Shown: positions 48,265 to 58,207 of the stretch, piece by piece
How positions within the stretch are numbered: position 1 is the stretch's first letter
Layout of the letters: each line of letters begins with the position of its first letter
NCBI GenBank assembly: GCA_965203175.1
Contig: OZ241867.1
Location: forward strand, 3,616,001 to 3,680,000
Length of the DNA stretch: 64,000 nucleotides
Direction of reading: 5' to 3'
From: Candidatus Latescibacterota bacterium
GTDB lineage: Bacteria > Latescibacterota > UBA2968 > UBA8231
Made by a program: the position numbers and the translations under genes
The notes under the pieces: model-generated
The model's input: the letters and a program-made list of their open reading frames with translations, nothing else
What the model was told of the DNA's origin: nothing
Database searches by the model: none

Positions 48265-50448
48265 TCAGTATACCACTTCGACCACGGTGGTGGCCGTCTC
48301 AGCGCTGGCGCTGCTGTGTACGTCTATGCGAGCCAGATAGATCCCGGGCGGCACGAACTCACCACTGCTGTTGGTTCCATCCCATGGGATTGACCAGTGA
48401 CCGCCTCCTTGCTCGCCGGAGAAGAGACGGCGGACCAGGCGGCCGGCCAGATCGAGCACCTTTACCTCAACGGGTATGGGACCGATTACGCGCGACAGGT
48501 CGTAGGAGATGCGGGTCCGGTCGTTGACCCCGTCGCCGTTGGGGCTGAAGGGCCGCGGTCCGGTCCGGGTATTGATCAGGACGTCGCCGCCCGAAAAGGG
48601 CACGTCCACCGACAGCACCCGCGGATCCTCCGTTCCCACCGGGGGAAAGGTGGCGTCCTCGGGGCCGAGGTGGGCCGCGTTGCCGGCGAGGATCTTCTGA
48701 CCGGTGATCCCGGTCTCGGTGTTGCCGGCCCACCCGGTAAAGGTCGTCCCGTATCGGAGGACGCGGCAGCGAAACCGGATTCTCAGGACGGCGGCCTCGT
48801 CGGCCCCGAGGTCGCTATCCGCTATGAGCGGGAAGCGCACCCGGAACCGCCGTTCCTCGACCGCCTCGATGCCGAAGTCCGCGGCCGGATCGGTGGGCAG
48901 CGCCGACGGGCTCAGATCCCAACCGGAAAAATCGGCCGCCTCGGTGCGACCGTCGCGGAAAAGGACCTGGACCGAGTCGATCACTTCGACCCGGACCGGC
49001 GTGGCGATCTCGAAGGTGTCAAAGCCGCTGTCCCGGCCCGGCCGTATCCGGGTCGGCATGACCGCGTAGGTGAAGGTTTCCGCAACGGCCAGCTCGACCT
49101 GACGAGGGTAGATCTCGCCGACGATCCGCTCGGCCGCCGGCGAGAACACTGTGAAGGCCAACTGCCCAACCCCAGTCGCTGCCTTTAGGTCACGGCTCAC
49201 CATTTCGACCCGGACCTGAAAATAGCGCCGTGGGCCCGGAGTGGTGACGACCGCTCCAAGCTGCGCGTCAGCGATGTTCTCGACCGTGATGCCGCTGGTG
49301 CCCTCCTGTCCATAGGGAGCCGACCACGGCGTCCAGGCGTCTGGATCGTCCCGGATCTCGCCCCGTGGCTTCAGGCCGCGATAGTCCTCCAGGGTCAGAG
49401 CAACCCGATTCTTCTCTGTTAGCGGCAGCGCCCGGTAGGCTCGCAGCGCATCGAGCGGCTCTAAATCGTCCAGGGCAATCTGCTCTCCCGCGGCCGTAGT
49501 GGCGACCGCGCCCTGCTTATAGGGGAGATTCACCGAACCACCGGGACCGGGGCGGGTGAATTCCAAAGGCGTATCGTCGTGCCCGGCGCGCGTCGCAATG
49601 CGGGCCTGCGCCAGCCCTGCGGGACCGAAGCTCTCCTCGATCCACCGGATCTTGCCCCACACGCCCCAATTGTCCCCTAGATCGTAGACATTGGAGATGT
49701 ACTGGGCCCCGGGCACGAACCCCGCCCCGAATACCCGAAACTCGGCGATTTCGAAGCCGACGACCGTCTGCGACTTCAGTCGCAGGAAGCGCAGGTACTG
49801 GGGGGGAATTTGCAGGTCGACCACGGGATGATCGTTCTGCAGCTCTAGCTTGAAGCTGGTCAGCACCGGTCTGCCGGACTCGTCTGTGGTATTCTCGCTG
49901 CCGTCGTTGACCAGCAGCTCGTACGCGCGCAGATAGTCGTTCTGGAACGGAAAGTCGGGCGTCGCGAAACCTGGGGCGTTCCGCGGAAAGAACTGGATCC
50001 GGTTCACCCCGAAGGGCGCGCCTAGGTCAATGTCGAACATGGCCCCGAAGGCGAGGACCGGCGGCCCTCCCGCTTCGCCCTTTTGGGTGAAAGCCGTCTC
50101 GAGATCGCCGTCCACCATCAGGAGCAACTCCTCGGCGATGCCGAGCGTCAAGATGTTCGGCGAGGTCAGCGTGGCTCCAGCCGCGATATTCCTGGTGGAG
50201 TCGGCTCGCTGGGGGAAAATCCAGCCCGATTTGCCGGGGAAGTCGAAGTCCACCACATCGCCCGGGGTGTTGGTGATCGCGGCCTCGTCGACACTGATCT
50301 GCACCGCGGCCGGGATTTCTCCGCCGCCGCCGTTCCAGGGTTGGCCGCTGGTGCCGCCCAGCACCCGGCTGTCGGCGGCCAGATTCTGGGCCATCAGGCA
50401 GAATGTCCCGAGCAGGCCCAAGCTGAGGCTGATCCTCTGAATTCTCAC
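48265..50448 (-). CDS. Exported discoidin-like protein with C-terminal FlgD-Ig / gliding-motility (CHU_C-like) domain
   Basis: Signal peptide; DGDLETAF, IDLGAPFGVNRIQFFPR, EIAEFRVFG; WTPWS; FSPNGDGVND...DLAGRLVR...WDG...VPPGIY. Confidence 0.8.
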   Translation of the reverse strand: MRIQRISLSLGLLGTFCLMAQNLAADSRVLGGTSGQPWNGGGGEIPAAVQISVDEAAITNTPGDVVDFDFPGKSGWIFPQRADSTRNIAAGATLTSPNILTLGIAEELLLMVDGDLETAFTQKGEAGGPPVLAFGAMFDIDLGAPFGVNRIQFFPRNAPGFATPDFPFQNDYLRAYELLVNDGSENTTDESGRPVLTSFKLELQNDHPVVDLQIPPQYLRFLRLKSQTVVGFEIAEFRVFGAGFVPGAQYISNVYDLGDNWGVWGKIRWIEESFGPAGLAQARIATRAGHDDTPLEFTRPGPGGSVNLPYKQGAVATTAAGEQIALDDLEPLDALRAYRALPLTEKNRVALTLEDYRGLKPRGEIRDDPDAWTPWSAPYGQEGTSGITVENIADAQLGAVVTTPGPRRYFQVRVEMVSRDLKAATGVGQLAFTVFSPAAERIVGEIYPRQVELAVAETFTYAVMPTRIRPGRDSGFDTFEIATPVRVEVIDSVQVLFRDGRTEAADFSGWDLSPSALPTDPAADFGIEAVEERRFRVRFPLIADSDLGADEAAVLRIRFRCRVLRYGTTFTGWAGNTETGITGQKILAGNAAHLGPEDATFPPVGTEDPRVLSVDVPFSGGDVLINTRTGPRPFSPNGDGVNDRTRISYDLSRVIGPIPVEVKVLDLAGRLVRRLFSGEQGGGHWSIPWDGTNSSGEFVPPGIYLARIDVHSSASAETATTVVEVVY

Positions 50449-50464
50449 TCGATAGCCCCTAGCG

Positions 50465-53011
50465 TCAATACGCTACGTAGACCACGCGGTGCGCCTTGCG
50501 GCTCGATACGTCCGCGTCCACATCCACCTCGATCTCCAACAGGTAGGTCCCGGGGGGCACCAACCGACCGCTCTGGTCGTGGCCGGACCAGCGGACCGCG
50601 TAGGATCCGCTCGCGAGGGGACGCCGCTCCTCCCACTCCCGCACTAGGCCGCCGCCCAGATCGTAGAGGCGGGTTCTCACCGCGCGCTGCCCGCCGAGTC
50701 GGAAGACTGAAAACTCGAACCGCGCTTCGTCGTTGATTCCATCCCCGTTCGGGGTCAGGATCAGAGCACTGATCGTCAACGGGCCCATCACCCGCCCGTC
50801 TGCCAACGGCCCTCGCAACAGCATCCCCTGACTCGATGCCAGGGCGGTAGCATCGCCGGGATCCACCCGTTGCCACTGATCGGCCTCGGACGAATTTCCC
50901 AGTTCCGCCTGCAGGATGGTGCCGGGGCGGAACAGGGTCGTGGTGAACCGCACTTCGATCAGGTCGACGTCGGGGCCCACCGCCGAATCTAGGCGCACCC
51001 ACAGCGAGTCCGATCCGGCTGGGACCAACTCCAGATCAGATGGTCCCAACTCGGCCACCGGGCCGGTGGCCCACTGCGACTCCCGGCCCATGCGGAGGAG
51101 GTGAAAATCCAGGTCCACCCCCGGAGCGTACAGGCGAATCTGGTCCATTCCCGGGCCGCTCCGCAGGAACTCGGCCTTGACGAACAGAGATAGGGTGTCG
51201 ATGGCACCCAACTCGGATACCAGGTCCGGCTCGAGTTCGCCCCGGACCTGCCGGGCTAGGGGATCGAGAAAGTTCAGCCGAATCGACTGCAGGGAAGCCG
51301 TCTGGTGCGGATTACTGGTCGTCAGCCAGGCCTGGAGCATGAGGTACTCCCGGGGGCTCGGCGACGTGATGGGGGCTCCGGAGAAGTCGTATTCCTCGCT
51401 CCAGTCGCTCCAGTCACCCCCGGCCACCTGCTCAGTCACTATGTCGATATCCTTCTTGGCGAATTTGTTCAGCTTGTTGTACTGCTCCTCCGTTATCTCG
51501 CTGCCGTCCTTCTTGAAGTAGCGGAGGACATCGGCGAGCTGGTTGCCGGTCCGACTGCGCAGCGCGATGGAGGTCCCAGGGGGCGTATCTCCCTCCCATT
51601 CGATCGAACTCAGCGTCCGGGCACCGTCCAGCGTGATCAGGGGGGACGTGAGTGAAACGCGAGGCTGGTAGCCCTCGCCGTAGAACTGCATCTCCCGCGT
51701 GTCCGCCTGGCCTCCCGCCATGCCGCCGGAATAGGGAATGCTGATGTAGCGGGCGACCGTGGGTTCGAACACCTTGGCGTGGTAATCCATGCCGTCCTGA
51801 CCCCCGAGTGCTTGGCTGGTCCAGGCCAGTGTTCCCTCGGGTGTCAGGCTCCCGTCCGAGGTCCTGATTTCGTACTCGGTGATGGGTCCCTGAAAGCCCT
51901 TGTTCTGGAAGAACATCTGCACTCGATCCACCCAGAAAAAGGCACCTAGGTCGAAGAAGAAGAAGCGCAGGGCGGGCGTGCGGACCGTGGTCCCCACCGT
52001 CGTTTCGTACAGGCCGTCCACCAAGCTGGTGACTGCGGTGGTATCCGTCTCTATCTTTTGCGCCACTCCCCGGCGGCCCGTCAACCCCAGGGCGATGTTC
52101 TCGCCTATGGTCCGCACTTCCATCGCGGCCAGACGGGGCCGCTCGCGGCGGAAGTACCGGACCTCGCCACGCGATCCCGCGTCGATCGCCTCGTAGATCT
52201 CCGGTTCGACCCGGATGCTCCCATCGGCCACCTTCTTATAGTAGTCCACTGCCCCCTGGCGGCCTAGCTCCAAGGCGTCGTAGACTTCGCGGGATACTTC
52301 GGTGCCTCGCACCGAGTCACTTTCCGTCACCACGAGCTGAACGTAGCGGATTTCGTCCCCTCGCCACTCGGGATCGCGGGAGTCTCCCGACGGTTTCAGC
52401 TCGATGTCGAAGGAACGTTGGCTCTTGTTCGCGCCCGAACTTGCGTAGGCGACGACGTAGCTCTTGACGTCCCTCAGGCCCTGCTCGGGACGCTCGCCGT
52501 CCGAGGTCAGAAGGGTGTACTGGAGAAAGGGGTCCCCGAGATCCTCGTCCACGAAGGTCAGGAGGATCCTGGTGGCGGACACGACCCGCCCTAGATCCAA
52601 CTCGAACCACCAGTCGCGCAGTGGCTGGTCCGGGTCGGGCTGCCAGTACGAGGTCAGATCCCCGTCAAGGAGGTTGGCTACCCCGGCCGCATTGGTGCCA
52701 GCACTCACCGCGTCCAGCAAGTCGACGTCTTCAGCCTTGACCCCTTTGGGCGGGTTCCGTCGCAGGTGCCCGACAAGGTCCTGGGTCGCGTCGATGTCCT
52801 TGGCCACAAAGTTCGGTCGAGCCGCGTCCGCCGGGGCGAAGAACTCCACTGTGCCGACTGGGAAATCCCAGGTTTTCAGGTGGCGGCCCTCTACCACGAT
52901 CTGGTTGCCGCGGATGACGTACCCTTGGCCCCAGACCGCACTGCCACACAGGATCCAGAGAGCCAGTGCCGTGCTGATCCTGCCGTTTATGTTGCCACAC
53001 CTCTTTCGCAT
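50465..53011 (-). CDS. Exported protein with two discoidin-like domains and C-terminal FlgD-Ig/CHU_C-like domain
   Basis: Signal peptide from MRKRCG; NLLDGDLTSYW, ELDLGRVV, FDLGAFFWVDRV; WSDWS; LTPNGDGIND...VPPGTY. Confidence 0.8.
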   Translation of the reverse strand: MRKRCGNINGRISTALALWILCGSAVWGQGYVIRGNQIVVEGRHLKTWDFPVGTVEFFAPADAARPNFVAKDIDATQDLVGHLRRNPPKGVKAEDVDLLDAVSAGTNAAGVANLLDGDLTSYWQPDPDQPLRDWWFELDLGRVVSATRILLTFVDEDLGDPFLQYTLLTSDGERPEQGLRDVKSYVVAYASSGANKSQRSFDIELKPSGDSRDPEWRGDEIRYVQLVVTESDSVRGTEVSREVYDALELGRQGAVDYYKKVADGSIRVEPEIYEAIDAGSRGEVRYFRRERPRLAAMEVRTIGENIALGLTGRRGVAQKIETDTTAVTSLVDGLYETTVGTTVRTPALRFFFFDLGAFFWVDRVQMFFQNKGFQGPITEYEIRTSDGSLTPEGTLAWTSQALGGQDGMDYHAKVFEPTVARYISIPYSGGMAGGQADTREMQFYGEGYQPRVSLTSPLITLDGARTLSSIEWEGDTPPGTSIALRSRTGNQLADVLRYFKKDGSEITEEQYNKLNKFAKKDIDIVTEQVAGGDWSDWSEEYDFSGAPITSPSPREYLMLQAWLTTSNPHQTASLQSIRLNFLDPLARQVRGELEPDLVSELGAIDTLSLFVKAEFLRSGPGMDQIRLYAPGVDLDFHLLRMGRESQWATGPVAELGPSDLELVPAGSDSLWVRLDSAVGPDVDLIEVRFTTTLFRPGTILQAELGNSSEADQWQRVDPGDATALASSQGMLLRGPLADGRVMGPLTISALILTPNGDGINDEARFEFSVFRLGGQRAVRTRLYDLGGGLVREWEERRPLASGSYAVRWSGHDQSGRLVPPGTYLLEIEVDVDADVSSRKAHRVVYVAY

Positions 53012-53043
53012 CTGGGAGCCGTTGACTAAAGTTCCTGTGGGCC

Positions 53044-55011
53044 TCAATACGCCACCGCGATCAGGCGGGTTTCGCTGTCGCGGCCCCCTTCGCGATCGAC
53101 CGCGACCCGGCATACGTAGAGCCCCGGCGGCACCAACTGGCCATCCCTGTCACGTCCGTCCCAAGGCTGGATGTACTGACCCGAATGGTCCCGGCCCACA
53201 TACACCTCCCGCACTAGCCGGCCCGATAGATCCCATACCTCGACCTCCACCAGCCGGTTCTCGGTCAATTTCAGCAGGTCGTACTGAATCGCCACCGCGT
53301 CGTTGATGCCGTCTCCGTTGGGTGTAAACGCGGCCGGCTCGATCCGCAGCCTGCCCACAATTGACGCGCCCAGCGACAGCGTCTCGACCGACAGACGGTT
53401 GCCGTCCAGCGCGTTGGTCGCATCGCCGCCCCGCACCGGTTGCCAGACCTCAGCCGGCGCTTGGCTGTCGAAAACGCGACCTTGGAAGGTCGCCGCATAC
53501 CGATACACTTCGCCCCGCAGCCGAACCTGCAGCAACTCGCCGCTCTGGTTCACCTCTAGCCGCGGAAAGCTCACCACCACCCGGTTCTCGGTGCGCAGGC
53601 TGTCCGCTTCCGTGAACGCTACCGCCGCTCCCGCCATCTCGACCTCGACCACCTCCACCACCCGGCCCCCCTGAAAGCGCAACTCAAGGCTGTCGAAACC
53701 CCGATCCTGCAGCGACAAGGTGGGCCGCACCGCGTACGTGAACTCGGTCAGCTCCGACGTCTCGGCCTGCCACGGATCCACCTCTCCCACCAGATCCGTC
53801 GCCGCCGGCGGCGACGAAACCGCGAATTCGAGGAAATTCACCTGCCCCCCATCTAGAAAATCACTGGCGAAGTCAAGCGAAAACTGCACGTAGTTGCGCG
53901 GCCGCGGTGCCACCATCGGCACCCCCAGACTGTCGCCAAATGAATACGGTGCCGACCACAGGTCCCAGTTTGCTGCGTCATGGGTGATGCGGCCTTTCTC
54001 TTTTTCCTTCAGCTTGTCGTACTGCGCTCGGGTCAGCGGCGATCCGTCCGCCCCATACGGGACCTCCTCGTCGCCCCGGAAGGTCCGCCGCCAGTACCGA
54101 GATGGCTCTGGATCGTCGCCGCCATGACTGCGAATCGCTACCCGGGCCGACTCGTCTTGGCGGCCCGACCAGCGCACCCAGCCCAGACTGGAGGGGGAGC
54201 CCAGCGGAATGGTGTTCGAGGTATAGCTAGCGAACGGTACATACCCCTCGGCGAACGCCTCCATCTCCGCAATCTCCCACGCCTGCCGCTGAAACGGGTT
54301 GACCCACAGCGCCAACTGTCGCACCGGCGTCCGGTCGAGGGGGATCTCCACCACTGGGCTTTTGTTCTGCGTGATCTCCGTCACCAGATCGAAGTCGAGC
54401 GGCGTTTCTCGAACGAGTTTTCTGTGGAATTCAAGGTGAGATCGGTTCGGCGTTCCCCCATGGGGTACGCCACTGCCGGTGGCGATGGCCATGTGCTCGA
54501 TGTAGTGCGGGGAGCCGGGCCGCGGCGACACCCGCACCCGGTTCACCGGGAACAGGCCGCCCAGGTCGAAGTACAGGGTGAAGCCGGTGATACCGCCGCC
54601 CGGACTGTAATCCGACAGCGACGCATTGTGTTCCAAGAAGAAGGTGGTGAAGTCCCCATCCGCGACCACGTCCAGGTTCGGATCGTGGCCATAGCCCGTA
54701 TAGCGCTCGGTCCTCAAGAAGCCGCCCCGTTCTTCCGCTGTGGCCAGGATGCTCTCGTCGCTGCCGTAGTAGAAAGGTGCCAGCGCTCCAGCTAGGTTGA
54801 CGCTGTCGAAGTCGCCGGCCCGGGCGGGATCCACGTCGGTCCAGCTCAACTGCTCGAACTCGACGCTGCCGTCTGCTACCTCCGGGAGCAGGGGAAAGCT
54901 CGCGTAGTCCTCGCCGCCCAGCCGGTAGATCTTGACCGCATCTGCGGGACGCCACATTCCCGCGCCCACCACTAGGCACAAGAGCAGGCCTGCCAATCGC
55001 GCTTTTGCCAA
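53044..55011 (-). CDS. Exported discoidin-like protein with C-terminal FlgD-Ig/CHU_C-like domain
   Basis: TTG start at 55011 after GAGGG; signal peptide; DGDFTTFF, FDLGGLFPVNRVRV, WEIAEME; WDLWS; FTPNGDGIND...WDGRD...VPPGLY. Confidence 0.8.
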   Translation of the reverse strand: MAKARLAGLLLCLVVGAGMWRPADAVKIYRLGGEDYASFPLLPEVADGSVEFEQLSWTDVDPARAGDFDSVNLAGALAPFYYGSDESILATAEERGGFLRTERYTGYGHDPNLDVVADGDFTTFFLEHNASLSDYSPGGGITGFTLYFDLGGLFPVNRVRVSPRPGSPHYIEHMAIATGSGVPHGGTPNRSHLEFHRKLVRETPLDFDLVTEITQNKSPVVEIPLDRTPVRQLALWVNPFQRQAWEIAEMEAFAEGYVPFASYTSNTIPLGSPSSLGWVRWSGRQDESARVAIRSHGGDDPEPSRYWRRTFRGDEEVPYGADGSPLTRAQYDKLKEKEKGRITHDAANWDLWSAPYSFGDSLGVPMVAPRPRNYVQFSLDFASDFLDGGQVNFLEFAVSSPPAATDLVGEVDPWQAETSELTEFTYAVRPTLSLQDRGFDSLELRFQGGRVVEVVEVEMAGAAVAFTEADSLRTENRVVVSFPRLEVNQSGELLQVRLRGEVYRYAATFQGRVFDSQAPAEVWQPVRGGDATNALDGNRLSVETLSLGASIVGRLRIEPAAFTPNGDGINDAVAIQYDLLKLTENRLVEVEVWDLSGRLVREVYVGRDHSGQYIQPWDGRDRDGQLVPPGLYVCRVAVDREGGRDSETRLIAVAY

Positions 55012-55067
55012 GATGTCACCCTCTTGTCGTGTGGGCTCAACCCGCGCACCGTTGGGCTGATTATTAG

Positions 55068-55101
55068 GGAAGGGGGGATGTGAGACCACATCCCCCCTTC
55101 C
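55068..55101. terminator. Perfect 15-bp stem-loop (terminator/attenuator or mRNA-stabilising element)
   Basis: GGAAGGGGGGATGTG-AGAC-CACATCCCCCCTTCC between the first and second genes of the operon. Confidence 0.75.
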
Positions 55102-55150
55102 TTCGCGCTATGGAGCTCGAACCGCTAGCAGCGAACCTGCTCGTCGCCAG

Positions 55151-56065
55151 CTACTGAGTGAACGCAGCCTTGATGCGGCCCCAGCTCTCGGCTTCGACTG
55201 CCGTGCCAAAATCGACATCCTCCAACGGAGCCAGCAGGAAGTCGGTGGATACCGACGAGGTTTTCCAAACCGTTGCCTCGCCATTCAGGATCCACTGATC
55301 TCGGTCGTTATTCTCCGTATTGTCATAGTCGGTGATCTCCCAGTTCAGACCGATGATATCACCTTCTACCATGTCGTGCACCACACTGCCGTCTGGGTCA
55401 TCCCACTGCAGGTCGTCCCACAACGTGAGCATCCACTCTGCATGGCCGGTGACGTCGGCGGCGTTGAGCGCGGCGGCATCCGACGAGTACCCATTGTCGG
55501 CCCACGGCAGTTCGCCGGTCCAGGTAGCTTGGCTCTGCCAGTACCAGGCCCACGCCGTCGCCTCGTTGTTCACGTTCGGCGACGAAGGATCGATATCCGG
55601 GAGGCGGAAGTGGATATTCTGGGCCCAGCGCGAGCCGTTTTCCGGCTCTGCTCCAGGGTCATACCAGGAGTCTTCGCCGCCGTGGTCCCCGTCGACGTTC
55701 ATCTCGAAGCTGTCGGGTAAGTTAGCTTCGGCAACGAGAACGGAGACGTCCCGCTTGCGGAAATTGTCGAACACCTCGTGGTGCATATAGAGACGATCGG
55801 TACTTGCGCTATAACCGACGATGACCTTGCTGTTGAGACTGGACAGGTCTGTCCACTTCTCGCCGGACGGAGACGCGTAGTACTCTGGCCCAATCCAGTA
55901 GTCCGCGGGAACCACGGCCCACTCGGACAGATCCCCGTCCAGGGTCGGCTCGGCACCCGCTGGGAACTGGAACGCGAGCAGAACTTGGCCCTCTGGCACA
56001 TGGCCCCAGGCGGAAAAAGCAAAGCCCACAGTCAGGCACAGGGCGATAAGCATAGCCTTCTTCAT
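55151..56065 (-). CDS. Exported CBM9/DOMON-like protein with C-terminal TAVEAESWGRIK motif
   Basis: GGAGG RBS, MKKAMLIALCL signal peptide; PTLDGDLSEW, DSFEMNVDGDHGG, EGDIIGLNWEITDYD; the upstream part of the 559-aa ORF overlaps the TPR gene. Confidence 0.8.
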   Translation of the reverse strand: MKKAMLIALCLTVGFAFSAWGHVPEGQVLLAFQFPAGAEPTLDGDLSEWAVVPADYWIGPEYYASPSGEKWTDLSSLNSKVIVGYSASTDRLYMHHEVFDNFRKRDVSVLVAEANLPDSFEMNVDGDHGGEDSWYDPGAEPENGSRWAQNIHFRLPDIDPSSPNVNNEATAWAWYWQSQATWTGELPWADNGYSSDAAALNAADVTGHAEWMLTLWDDLQWDDPDGSVVHDMVEGDIIGLNWEITDYDNTENNDRDQWILNGEATVWKTSSVSTDFLLAPLEDVDFGTAVEAESWGRIKAAFTQ

Positions 56066-56205
56066 TATGTGGAACCTCCACGATGCTGATTCCCCGGCCC
56101 TAGGCGCTCTAGGGCAGCAGGAATCGGGTTGCATGAACATTTTGTAGTAATGTATAAATTGGTCTTGGTGCGGGGCAATAAAAAAACCGAGACCGACCAC
56201 ACTCG

Positions 56206-57744
56206 CTAAGGGGCGAGTTGTGCCATGCGTGCCTCTAGCGCTGCAAGCTGACGGGCATCTCCCCGCCAGTAGGCGACCGCTAGCCGGTATGCCCGCAGTG
56301 CCGCATCCACTTGGCCCGTCTGTTCGTATGCCTCTCCGAGCGCGTAGTGGGCCTTCGCGTTGGTGGCGTCCAACCTCTCCACGGCCTCGAACACCGCGAT
56401 CGCTTGGTCGTAGGCTTGCTGGCGGAGGTAGAACTGTCCGAGGCTCAGGCGGGGCTCGACCCAATTCGGCCGGTGGCGGATCGCTGTCTTGTAGGCCTGC
56501 TCGGCCTGGTCCAGGCGTCTCTGAAGCAGCCCCACGTTGCCTAGGGCGTGGTGGGCTTTGGCAAACGTCGTGTCTACTTGTAGGGCCTGCTCGAAGGACC
56601 GACGGGCTTGGTCCAGGTGTCCGTTCTGGACGGCGACGTAGCCGATGGTGAAGTGGGCCTCGCAGGCTTCGCGCTGATTCGGGGCTTGGGTGATCACCTG
56701 GCGGGCCAGCGCCACCGCTTCGTCTAGGTTGCCCTGATTCAGGTAGGCATGGCCCAATCCTGAGAGGGCTCTGACATGCTCGGGCTGGCGCTCCAAGACC
56801 GCCCGGTACATTCCGATGGCCTGCTCCCACCGGCCGAGCTCGCCGTAGGAGCGCCCCGCCGCCAGATAGGAATCTAGGTCGCCGCCGGCCTGATTTACCT
56901 GTTTTTCCAAGGCTCGCACTTGGGCGGCCCGCCGGTTCAGCTCGGCAAAGCGGTCGAGCAGTATCTGGGCTTGCTCCTCGCGCCCTTGGGCGGAGTAGAG
57001 ATTGGCCATACTGTAGTAGGCCTCGGGATAGGCCGGGTCGATCTCGAGAGCCCGGCGCAGCATTCCTTCGGCCTCCTCGTAGCGCTCCGCGTAGGTGTAG
57101 AGCACCCCGAGTTCCCGGTGGGCCTCCTTGTTGTCGGGATCGAATCTGACAGCGCGCGTCAACAGATCCTCAGATTCTGCCCGGCGTCCTTGCAGCCGAA
57201 AGAGTCGGCCCAAGCTCCACAGCGCCTCAGCATCGGCTGAATCGGTCGCCACGGCCCGCACTAGGGCCTCCTCGGCCCGGTCGTACGCCCCCTGTTCCTG
57301 GTGCAGACCGGCCAAAAGACGGTACGAGGGAGCCGTGCCCGGATCGATGCGCACGGCCTCTTCCAACAGGGCGACCGCCTCCCGGTGGCGTTTCATCTCT
57401 CCGTAGGCCACGGCCAGATTGTGGTAGGCCAGAACAAGGCTCGAATCCAGACGAATGGCGGCCAGATACGCGGTCTCCGCCGAATCCCTGCGGCCCAACT
57501 TCATGTAGGCCGTGGCCAGATGGCAGTGGGCTTCCGCGGAGAGGGAGTCCAGGGCCACTGCCTGCTGATACGCGGCGAGTGCGTCGCGGTACCGGGCTTG
57601 GCGGAAATAGGTGTGCCCGAGCGTGCGAAGCCGGTCTTTCTCTGGGTCCGGTGCCGGCGATTCAGGTGCTTGGCACGCGCCCAGCCAGATCGCCATCAGG
57701 GCAGCGGTGGTGCGGCGAAACAAAACTGCGTACGTCGAATGCAT
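56206..57744 (-). CDS. Tetratricopeptide-repeat lipoprotein
   Basis: Lipobox LGAC; about a dozen TPRs (AYHNLAVAY, AHRELGVLY, AHHALGNV, AHYALGEAY). Confidence 0.9.
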   Translation of the reverse strand: MHSTYAVLFRRTTAALMAIWLGACQAPESPAPDPEKDRLRTLGHTYFRQARYRDALAAYQQAVALDSLSAEAHCHLATAYMKLGRRDSAETAYLAAIRLDSSLVLAYHNLAVAYGEMKRHREAVALLEEAVRIDPGTAPSYRLLAGLHQEQGAYDRAEEALVRAVATDSADAEALWSLGRLFRLQGRRAESEDLLTRAVRFDPDNKEAHRELGVLYTYAERYEEAEGMLRRALEIDPAYPEAYYSMANLYSAQGREEQAQILLDRFAELNRRAAQVRALEKQVNQAGGDLDSYLAAGRSYGELGRWEQAIGMYRAVLERQPEHVRALSGLGHAYLNQGNLDEAVALARQVITQAPNQREACEAHFTIGYVAVQNGHLDQARRSFEQALQVDTTFAKAHHALGNVGLLQRRLDQAEQAYKTAIRHRPNWVEPRLSLGQFYLRQQAYDQAIAVFEAVERLDATNAKAHYALGEAYEQTGQVDAALRAYRLAVAYWRGDARQLAALEARMAQLAP

Positions 57745-58207
57745 CGCGCAGTTTTCCGTTGGGTCACGAGGTTGACCGGGGGCGACATGACGTGAGGAGG
57801 GCTAGAGTCGGGGAAGAGAATTGCCACCCGTGGACGTCTTCGCGTCGCCGACCGAATATAAGCCATCGGCACCAACCCCAACAGCTTGAGTGCTGGTATC
57901 AGCAGGGCCGTTTCGTCGGCCTCGTTGACCAATGTACCCGCTGGCTTGGTCAAGTTGGCTTCGCCAAGTCTAGGCGATTGACGCGTCCGGTGCCGATCTC
58001 TAGTATAGGTGCCCGCGTGGGGCAGGGGACCGGAGAGCTTGGACGCCTAATACAACTTCAGCAGGCCGGACCAGCGGCGACACCCCGAGACGGAGCAGAG
58101 CGTGACTTGGCAGGAACGAGCAGCAGTCCTGTGGGGCCGTGGACGCAACCGAGCCCCGGCCGGAGTCGAGAGCGGGGGAGTGGGCGTCAGCGGATTACTG
58201 TCCCCCA

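Noticed and set aside
48265-55011. Flagellar hook-capping FlgD genes
   Set aside because: Only the generic Ig-like C-terminal domain is shared; the proteins have Sec signals and no flagellar context
56066-56830. N-terminal 255 aa of the 559-aa ORF
   Set aside because: Overlaps the TPR gene and the promoter; the RBS and signal peptide place the start at 56065
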